From an uncultured virus (IMG/VR IMGVR_UViG_3300044627_003120) (Duplodnaviria; Heunggongvirae; Uroviricota; Caudoviricetes): DNA of 64,000 bases. The notes under the pieces are model-generated. The model was given only the letters and a program-made list of their open reading frames with translations, did no database searches and was not told where the DNA came from. This document shows positions 58,201-64,000 of the stretch, piece by piece (the first letter of the stretch is position 1; each line of letters opens with the position of its first letter). Where the stretch lies: IMG/VR virus record IMGVR_UViG_3300044627_003120, one strand, 5' to 3'. A program made the position numbers and the translations under genes.

Positions 58201-61200
58201 AAAAAACTTTTAAATGATCAAGTAGCCAACTATAAGAAGGTTAAAAATATTGGACTTAGTGGAGACGACTACTATTCTAAAGCGTTTATGAATTCCGTAG
58301 ACACTCAAGTAAGAACAAAATTTGAGGGAGATCCATATGCAGATGTTTTTCTTGGTTCTGCAAAAAATAATTTAAAGTCAGAAGAACTAGAAGTAAAAAT
58401 TAAAACCTTCGTTGCCTATGAAGGAGCAACTCCAGAAGTTGGAACATCTCTTATATCAATGTTTGGCAAGGGTGAAAAAAATGAGGCCCAACTTGATGCA
58501 GCATTGGACTTGCTAATAACTCAAGATTCTGCAGAAACAATTGAGTTAGTAAATGCACTTAGTATTCTCGAAAGCGAGTCTGATGCAAAGAGAATATTCA
58601 TTAAGATTATTGAAAAAGATCCAGCAGAAAGATCAGACCTAATTGACGCAATTGGGCTAGTTCAAAAACTACAGGGGAAAGAAATCAACATCGATGCATT
58701 CTTTTCTAGCAAAGATGAAAATGGCAATTCTATTGATCCTATGGCAAAACTTGAAGCCTTAACCAAATCACTTAAAGCAATTGACGATGTAAAGGGACCA
58801 ATAACAAAACAAGTTTTAATTGAAACAAAAGAAATTGGTGGAGTAAGCCTGGATGGTCTTATACCTATTTTTGATAGATGGAAAAATCAACCTCAAGAAG
58901 TAATAAGAACAGTTATTGCACAATATATTGCAATACATAAAACCATAACAGATGGTGACATTTCCGCTGCCCGTGCAAGAGATATGGCAAAAGCGGTAAG
59001 CCAAGGCATTCCTTCCCATGCAGCATCCCTTATTGCTAACAGTCCAACCGACAAGGCATACAGAGATAAAATTGCTGGAGACACAGTAATGCAAATGACT
59101 GATCAAGAAATTGCTTCAAAAGCAGCAAATGATCTGCTAGATGATGATAGTGGAGGAAGTAAAAAAGCAGATCCATTTCAATTTATTTTAGAAAGATTAA
59201 AGAACGTTAGAAATGCTGCTATTAATGCAGCAGGTGGAATTAAAGAATTAAATAAGGCTCTAGCAGAAGGAAACTCAAAGTCTGTCCAGAATAAGTTTAG
59301 AGGAATAGAGCAACAGATGAATGCTCAAGGACGTAATAGACAGTTTATTGACTTTGCTATGTCACAAGATCCAACAGAACAGAAAAAGTATTTTACTACT
59401 GCAGGGTCTAAAATTAAGACTGGGAAAAACAAGGGAAGAATATTAAACCCATACGATAGTAAAAAGTTATTGCCAAAGACAGCAAAGTCAGGAGATGTTG
59501 TACTTTCTGAACTTGGAGAACTATACAATAAGGCCTTTGATGCAGCGGTAGTTGGAGAGTTTAATTCCTATGCAAGCAAGTCTATCTTATTACTAAATGA
59601 ACAAGAAGCAGTAAGACGCAAACTGGTTGCTGCTGGATATGATGCTGTATCAATAGAAAATATTCTTCAGGATGAGTATACAACAGCAGCAATTGCTACT
59701 GGAAAGATAACAGATGAAGAACTAAAGACAAACGTTGAACTAAGCAAGCAGTTAACAAATAGACAAAAAATTAACAACTTAATTGCTAAGGGATCAGAAG
59801 CACTTAATCAACAAAAAAATATTAAACAAATTCCAGATGTCATAAAGTTTTTAGGAAGTCAGGGAGTATCTTCAAAAGCCCTAAAAGATATTATAGGTGA
59901 TCCAGAATCACTAGCAGAAGCAATCGCAGCAATGGAAGACTACAAGTCGGGAGCAGCGGGAGCAGCAGACAGACTTAAAGATATCGTGGCTGGTCTTAAG
60001 GCTATACAAGCAAACTCAAATATAAAAATTGCTCTTGAGTTTGCAGTAAAAAATGTTGCAGATCAGATTCGTGATGGAGCAGATGCAGCAACCAAGGTGA
60101 TGGATTCAAAGAGAACTGTCTATTCTTATTTGAACAGATCACAACTAGAAAGTGCAACATCTGCATACAGAGATCCAAACAAAGCCCCACAACAAGTTGG
60201 AAAAATTGCAACTGCAAATGTAGCAGCAAGATATAAGGCAGCAGGAGTTGCAATACCAACAATTCCTGCAGGAGCAAGTTTAAACAGCATTGGAAAAGAA
60301 AGAGCATCTCTTGGTAAAACAATAGATATAGCATCCTCAAACCTTCAAAGCATTCAAAGAAGCAGGTCTGAAATTCAAGATAAAATTGCTAATGCTCAAA
60401 ATGATTTAGAAAAGGCACTAGACGCTGTAAATAATTCGTTTGATCAAACAATAAAGGGAATTGAAGATGTAATTAAAAAATACGAAAATAACATTAAGTC
60501 AATAGAAAAAAGTATTAAGGCAAAAGAAGATGAAATAAAAACAAAGTTTATCGACAAGATAGAAGCCTTTAACAAAGAAAACCAAATGCTTAACAACGAC
60601 CTTGCAATAATGGACAAGGCTGCAGAAGATATTAATGAAAAGTATGACAAGCAGGTAGAGGCTTTACAGCAAGTAAATGATTTAAACAAGCAGATAATTG
60701 ACTCTCAAGGTCAGCAATTAGGTTTGGCTGATGCTCTTTCTCAAGGAGATATTGCAGCAGCAGCAAGAGTTGCACAAGAAATGAGAGCCGCATCAGCAAA
60801 TAGTCAAGCAGACATGATTATGCAAGGTCTTGAACTGTCCAGAACTAATGAACTAGGATCTCTTACTGGCGCAGAAAGCAAGATGACTAGAGATGAGATT
60901 TCAGAAAGACAGTTTGTTATAAGTCAAGAAATATATAGATTAGAAACAGACCCTGCTAGACTTGCAATAGAAAAAGAAATAGAGGCTTTAAACCTAAGCA
61001 TATTGAGAATTCAAGAAAGCATTACCTTAGAACAAGAAAAAATTGAAGCACAAGAGGTTCTTAGAGCAGCAGCACTTAAGGCAGCAGAAGCAGCACACAT
61101 AGCAGCAGTTGCAAATCTAAAAGCACAAGAAGCCAGCCTATTAGAACAAGAAAAAACTCAAGCAGAGATACTAAGGAAATTAGAAGCACAAGACTTAGAA

Positions 61201-64000
61201 TTGGCATCTCAAGAAGCATACCTACAAAGTATTGCAGATGAAGCAGTTGCAATTGATGAGACAACTGGAATGACTCTTGAAAAGTGGCAAGAGACAGTCG
61301 ACAAGATAACCGCTGTTGATGAACTAGCAAAATCATATGCGATTGCTTTAGCAGCAGCAGAAACATCAGCAGCAAACACATCAACCTCTTGGTCTACAAT
61401 TTTAGACACTATTAATAAAATTCCTAAGAGCGTTGAGACAGATCAGATAATCAATGAAATTAGAAACATAACTGAATATATTACTAGATATGTTACTACA
61501 GTTAATCTTGGTGGATCTGGTGGAAATGATGGAAAAACAGGATCAGACAAAGCGGCAAAAGATGCAGCAGACAAAGCGGCAAAAGATGCAGCAGACAAAG
61601 CGGCAAAAGATGCAGCAGACAAAGCGGCGAAAGCAGCAGCAGATGGAGCCCTTAAATTACTTAAGGATGCAGAGGCTAAGGCAGATGCTGAATCAGCAGC
61701 AGATGCTTGGCTTGGATCATTTGGAAATTGGGGAGGACTAAGTTCTGGAGGAGTTGTTCCTAAGTATTTTGCAGATGGAGGATTTACTCCAAAGGGTACA
61801 GACACTGTACCTGCAATGTTAACTCCAGGAGAGTTTGTAGTTAGAAAGTCTGCAGTTGATCAGTACGGCGAAGGATTCTTAAATGATATAAATGTTCAAA
61901 GATTTTCAACTGGTGGAACAGTAGGTGCACCACACGGTCTAGGAATGTCATCTATGGGATCTGCAAAACCAAAGGCTAAAGAAGAAGAAAAAAGAGCAAC
62001 ATCATTATTTGATAAGAAGATATGGGAAAAAACTGCTAACTTCTTTGCGCTTCCATCAATAGCAAAAACTGCTTTGGATATTGCAAAGTATGGCGGTATT
62101 CCTCAAATGTTTGCTGCTAAGTTAGCAGGTCAGCCAATGAAGTCTGACATAAAAGACAACTTAAATGCTGCTCTAGCGGTTGCACCATTTCCAGGTCTTA
62201 AAGCAGTAAAGCCAATAATAAATAAGATAGGAAACGTAATTCCTAAAAGAATAAAAGAATCACTTGGTAAAAACGGTATAGATATATTTAGTAAAGTAGC
62301 AAGTAAAGCAAATCATGCCCCAGCGCCAACTACAAGTTTAGTGGAAGAAAAACTAACTATTCCTACAGCCTCTACTGGAAAGGGAGAATGGGATAGCACA
62401 GAATGGGGCAAGTATGACGATTGGGTTCCAGGTCCTCTTCCTCTTAAGTCAAGAATTGCTAGTGCTCTATATGGCAATGGTGGCCCAATTGGAAGAGCAT
62501 TAGAAAGTGCCTTTCTTGCTCCTGGAAGGTTTGCAAGCAACCTTCAAATTCCATTACAAAGTGCGTGGAAATATGGAGGCAAAGATACAAACATAAACGA
62601 ATCATTCTTAAGTACTAAACTTGGAAGCACATTAGCATCTAAAGCAGTACCATATGTTTCTGATTTAGGTAAAAAGATTAATCCTAGAAGACTTCATGAA
62701 ACAGATATTCAAGACCTTTCATATCTTCAAAAGTCTATGTTTGATGAAAGTAAAAAATATTCAAATGCTTCATATTCTAATATGTTTAAAAACATAGGAA
62801 AAGATATGATGGACCCAGTTAAGGTAACACTTGGCAAATTAAAAGAAGCAATAGTTGCTCCAATAGCAAAACGACTTGCAGACACAAACTTTGGAAGAAA
62901 TATAAGTCTTGCACGTTTAACTAGGGAGGTAGGTGGAGATGATGCAGAGGCATTTGTAAAACACTACAAGACTCAGGCAATCATAGACTCAATTCCAGGT
63001 GGATTAGGTGCTTTGATTACAATGAAGCGGGGCGTTCATAGACATGGAAAGCCTATAGATGACCTTCCGTCTCCTTTAGAAAGATATTTAAAATCAAAAA
63101 CAGATCCAACAGCAACACCAGTTAATGCCTTTGGTCCAGGACTGTATAGTGCAACTAGTCCACTAATGTCTAAAGAGCATTTTGGACAATTTGGGTCTTA
63201 TCAATATGGAATAGACTTAGAACCACGTGCAATCGCTAAGGTTTTATCTAGCAAAGGATTTATAGATCCAGAAGGATTAAAAAAGTTTAAAGAAGCATAT
63301 GTTAAAAAAACTGGTATTCAGCCAAGAGATATGAGCAGTATAAATGCTGACATAACTGATCCATTTATGCAAGAACTACTTAAGGCTGGTTATATTGGAT
63401 ATAGACATGGAGATGCATACACAAATTGGGGTGTTGGAAATATTCCTGGAATGAACCTAAAGGTTGTGGATGCCCCAGATCTTCAGGCAGTAGTAAAAGA
63501 TGGTAGAGTAGTTATGGTTCCAAGAACAGATATTCCTGCTATCGTTGAACCAAATCTAAAAGAAACTTCAAAAATTGGTACAAGCAAATCTGCTGTTGCA
63601 ACTATGCTGGGAACAGTCGCTGGTATTACTGGTCTTTCTTTATACGGTGCATCAAAGGCTATTGCAAGCATTCCTTCTTTAGGTTCTACTTCACAAGTAA
63701 GTTCCGATGATAAAGTTTTAAGTGGTGGGTTTGGCAGTGGCGGTGGCGGTGGAATGGCAAGTATGATGATGCTTTCTAAGGGTGGACTAGTTCCAAGTTA
63801 CTTCGCTAAAGGCGGATACGCTTCTGGAACAGACACTATCCCAGCAATGCTTACCCCTGGAGAATTTGTAATGAGTAAGTATGCTGTACAGTCTCATGGA
63901 GCAGATACAATGAGGGCAATAAATAATGGCTCATCAGTAGGCGACTCAGTGTATAATTATAGTATTAGTGTTAATGTAAAATCAGATGCAAACCCAGATG
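52228..64000 (+). CDS. Tape measure protein, more than 3900 aa, 3' end outside window
   Basis: TTG start with GAGGTG RBS (MADVNSNININF); TP901-type core ...GGINASEGANALKSGLASLINP; no stopped ORF in this frame in the track; ends ...GDSVYNYSISVNVKSDANPD. Confidence 0.85.
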   Translation, partial: MADVNSNININFNTTAALAQLRQLQAGLSKFHQSLAEGNLAAANAQKGLNAQLIQSVGATGHFSASQVKVAGSTLAFTSALEKNKLSLREYYRYTMAAATANTRVLGRAFAAEREIINRARRDRVKALQAQYIQMNKSNAGFMDAIRVMPKSLQMANGKFTELGTRIQYAAQRQQFLNQLLKQGSTQLLNFGKNTQWAGRQLMVGLTMPLALFGAAAAKAFRELDAEVIKFRRVYGDAFTNDAEVEAAVQNIKKLGSEYVKYGVSVTKTMEMAATAAAAGFQGDALSAQVQTATKLAVLGQIEQQQALETTISLQSAFGISSDELAKKIDFLNAVENQTLLSIEDLTIAIPKAAPVVKQLGGNVEDLAFFLTAMKEGGINASEGANALKSGLASLINPSEKSAKFLGKLGINIKGLVEANKGDIKGTVVGFARALDELDPLNRARAIEQLFGKFQFARLSTLFQNVTKDGSQASRAFKLAGASVEELAILSEREMKKIEDSTGVKFQAALENIKKEIMPLGKAFLEALTPVVKFFSGLLEKFNGLGDNTKKVIAIIVAAVAGLGPILLMTFGLLMNGVANVIKLFALLRGGIAKLNGQTSVMGAGFNYMTQEQIENAASSQQLHQTHTRLIEVFNVEKASVNALASSYNSLSTQMRAMATANPSLFAGGAPGAARAVRGLPPVKKYKEGILSVPGPKGAGDVVPAMLSPGEAVIPTDTTNKYRGLISAMFKDKVPGFMAGRLPGGPGRGIPLSDGPAAVRKAQQAKYRRQNDARQGWNEPHPEAPKGPVFVGMPVSADKASQSRQILDKISEQASLGRFGTMPASNFGTKLQGFKGYSFPERGIGGVYRKPNGKIVVVKPTIDEKTALAEVRMAEIEAARGMVVPKQTIRTMIDPTDPTGQRKFIVLESPYDPRFANMDGKFRKTDMVKQLVGSLLRGDKDLQKSNVSGNRVPDVSNAGVFDRASGFRDYAENMPSFREQAMVNLLGVKGGARKDFALATAPIAAKMTPKQYDDEIKGEINRSIPIVEKVIKSWDRDLLPEEKIVYNNMLERLKAGAKVEWDEFQPIHARAGQDVIKAKKGVNSDATPSETKKQQSLYEMAALRDKSKTQIDKLVKQLNQDIENTLKELKNTNPAQYKKAMALLEKSGVTPKADGSINFKESKVYSDFIEKNLFYKDGAFHTAKAIEKGQSPTTSAKTYDAIKNQILYRMGAAPKPGKETFSNKPFTPGRLHEDLTSTTQSGGWRANIDPKSDLYKALDAAEKDHKARNVQNPKNVVLNKLRTQMLADGYTVKQIDAMLRTELSHLSKTGEAGLGPEKWKSGFAKFDLRLINSYVNPGGKPGKPIENPRLAKILNWDARNGNVLFNPTQTAELKKALEFMKTGAHPVTEAQARLVRAAAEAQVRADEHLAKYKKENNGAKPKGFPDLGSVKQAKAVSLLLRERLGGGYYQGTPTIYRLGPGSVLAQPGEYLADLENRTADKLSVGNTQSRPMGASPSTGKTSDNLTVEETQTKRVVTKDQARKGGFTMRSKSTGDSSVKLTPYQRQELKKIATKYPNLSETQLMDTLRRKLKADENIIKSKEKEGASAAKAARRAEQLPKQQAAQQARLDRIERDRQTRIIQASKDQDKANRMNRAIDSKKQRMLRQEKVGRWSGGASMALGTAGMGLMMAGQQGAGMAAMGASAVAGMAPMLAGMSSFGLALTALVTVGGGLFILDKMAKKAAESQSKFVDKVTATTEQMSAVGAITDKVGASELYKRKRQQGTGNRFTAGFERGKEQFGETFISSEVGKTVYESFKKNLTAGGIASAKQISLQLAAYVSDGVMSAEQAHSVASQIGIELNNSTLTSQISGNLLELIGPEGQDLKTDPLNVRVNLVREQGKINEDVVKGMQDAIGQDYQWWNPAKFFAPVFTESAGEKAAATTAALGVSSLELAQAQQDSLSKYYDTQIEVLRKQKEITSDKAKQKKIDDEIAALEGKKKDGLSSLRNESKKLLNDQVANYKKVKNIGLSGDDYYSKAFMNSVDTQVRTKFEGDPYADVFLGSAKNNLKSEELEVKIKTFVAYEGATPEVGTSLISMFGKGEKNEAQLDAALDLLITQDSAETIELVNALSILESESDAKRIFIKIIEKDPAERSDLIDAIGLVQKLQGKEINIDAFFSSKDENGNSIDPMAKLEALTKSLKAIDDVKGPITKQVLIETKEIGGVSLDGLIPIFDRWKNQPQEVIRTVIAQYIAIHKTITDGDISAARARDMAKAVSQGIPSHAASLIANSPTDKAYRDKIAGDTVMQMTDQEIASKAANDLLDDDSGGSKKADPFQFILERLKNVRNAAINAAGGIKELNKALAEGNSKSVQNKFRGIEQQMNAQGRNRQFIDFAMSQDPTEQKKYFTTAGSKIKTGKNKGRILNPYDSKKLLPKTAKSGDVVLSELGELYNKAFDAAVVGEFNSYASKSILLLNEQEAVRRKLVAAGYDAVSIENILQDEYTTAAIATGKITDEELKTNVELSKQLTNRQKINNLIAKGSEALNQQKNIKQIPDVIKFLGSQGVSSKALKDIIGDPESLAEAIAAMEDYKSGAAGAADRLKDIVAGLKAIQANSNIKIALEFAVKNVADQIRDGADAATKVMDSKRTVYSYLNRSQLESATSAYRDPNKAPQQVGKIATANVAARYKAAGVAIPTIPAGASLNSIGKERASLGKTIDIASSNLQSIQRSRSEIQDKIANAQNDLEKALDAVNNSFDQTIKGIEDVIKKYENNIKSIEKSIKAKEDEIKTKFIDKIEAFNKENQMLNNDLAIMDKAAEDINEKYDKQVEALQQVNDLNKQIIDSQGQQLGLADALSQGDIAAAARVAQEMRAASANSQADMIMQGLELSRTNELGSLTGAESKMTRDEISERQFVISQEIYRLETDPARLAIEKEIEALNLSILRIQESITLEQEKIEAQEVLRAAALKAAEAAHIAAVANLKAQEASLLEQEKTQAEILRKLEAQDLELASQEAYLQSIADEAVAIDETTGMTLEKWQETVDKITAVDELAKSYAIALAAAETSAANTSTSWSTILDTINKIPKSVETDQIINEIRNITEYITRYVTTVNLGGSGGNDGKTGSDKAAKDAADKAAKDAADKAAKDAADKAAKAAADGALKLLKDAEAKADAESAADAWLGSFGNWGGLSSGGVVPKYFADGGFTPKGTDTVPAMLTPGEFVVRKSAVDQYGEGFLNDINVQRFSTGGTVGAPHGLGMSSMGSAKPKAKEEEKRATSLFDKKIWEKTANFFALPSIAKTALDIAKYGGIPQMFAAKLAGQPMKSDIKDNLNAALAVAPFPGLKAVKPIINKIGNVIPKRIKESLGKNGIDIFSKVASKANHAPAPTTSLVEEKLTIPTASTGKGEWDSTEWGKYDDWVPGPLPLKSRIASALYGNGGPIGRALESAFLAPGRFASNLQIPLQSAWKYGGKDTNINESFLSTKLGSTLASKAVPYVSDLGKKINPRRLHETDIQDLSYLQKSMFDESKKYSNASYSNMFKNIGKDMMDPVKVTLGKLKEAIVAPIAKRLADTNFGRNISLARLTREVGGDDAEAFVKHYKTQAIIDSIPGGLGALITMKRGVHRHGKPIDDLPSPLERYLKSKTDPTATPVNAFGPGLYSATSPLMSKEHFGQFGSYQYGIDLEPRAIAKVLSSKGFIDPEGLKKFKEAYVKKTGIQPRDMSSINADITDPFMQELLKAGYIGYRHGDAYTNWGVGNIPGMNLKVVDAPDLQAVVKDGRVVMVPRTDIPAIVEPNLKETSKIGTSKSAVATMLGTVAGITGLSLYGASKAIASIPSLGSTSQVSSDDKVLSGGFGSGGGGGMASMMMLSKGGLVPSYFAKGGYASGTDTIPAMLTPGEFVMSKYAVQSHGADTMRAINNGSSVGDSVYNYSISVNVKSDANPD
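61544..61633 (+). repeat. 24-bp tandem repeat, about 3.7 copies (DKAAKDAA), within tape measure gene
   Basis: cagacaaagcggcaaaagatgcag. Confidence 0.9.

Noticed and set aside
1..64000. tRNA/rRNA genes, integrase, transposase, introns/inteins, stop-codon reassignment
   Set aside because: None recognised; genes tile normally under the standard code and nrdJ is uninterrupted

Overview
A 64-kb segment of a large, AT-rich tailed dsDNA phage with a non-contractile tail. The host is probably actinobacterial, possibly low-GC freshwater Actinobacteria; this is inferred from promoter motifs and gene content, not proven. (1) 1-7850: a leftward early-type region of about 25 small genes. Its intergenic spacers are modular: eight TGTCAG-N10-TAnnnT promoters (PafBC/RecA-NDp type), nine CRP-like boxes, DnaA boxes, CGACACGC and CCTAGG motifs, and four copies of a covarying H-type RNA pseudoknot just after stop codons. 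(2) 7900-36720: fibre and minor virion genes. Two carry Pro/Phe (PFF) repeat tracts. They are interleaved with ten prolyl-4-hydroxylase-like 2OG-Fe(II) oxygenases, an O-fucosyltransferase-like enzyme, an FkbM methyltransferase, a GDP-mannose 3,5-epimerase and a sulfotransferase-like gene, together a candidate virion hydroxylation/glycosylation system. (3) 36816-38849: class II ribonucleotide reductase. (4) 38875-64000: portal, protease/scaffold, capsid, neck, tail tube and duplicated tail chaperones, then a tape measure gene of more than 3900 codons. That gene runs off the window and holds kinase-like and ADP-ribosyltransferase-like inserts. All family calls come from reading motifs by eye; no searches were run.
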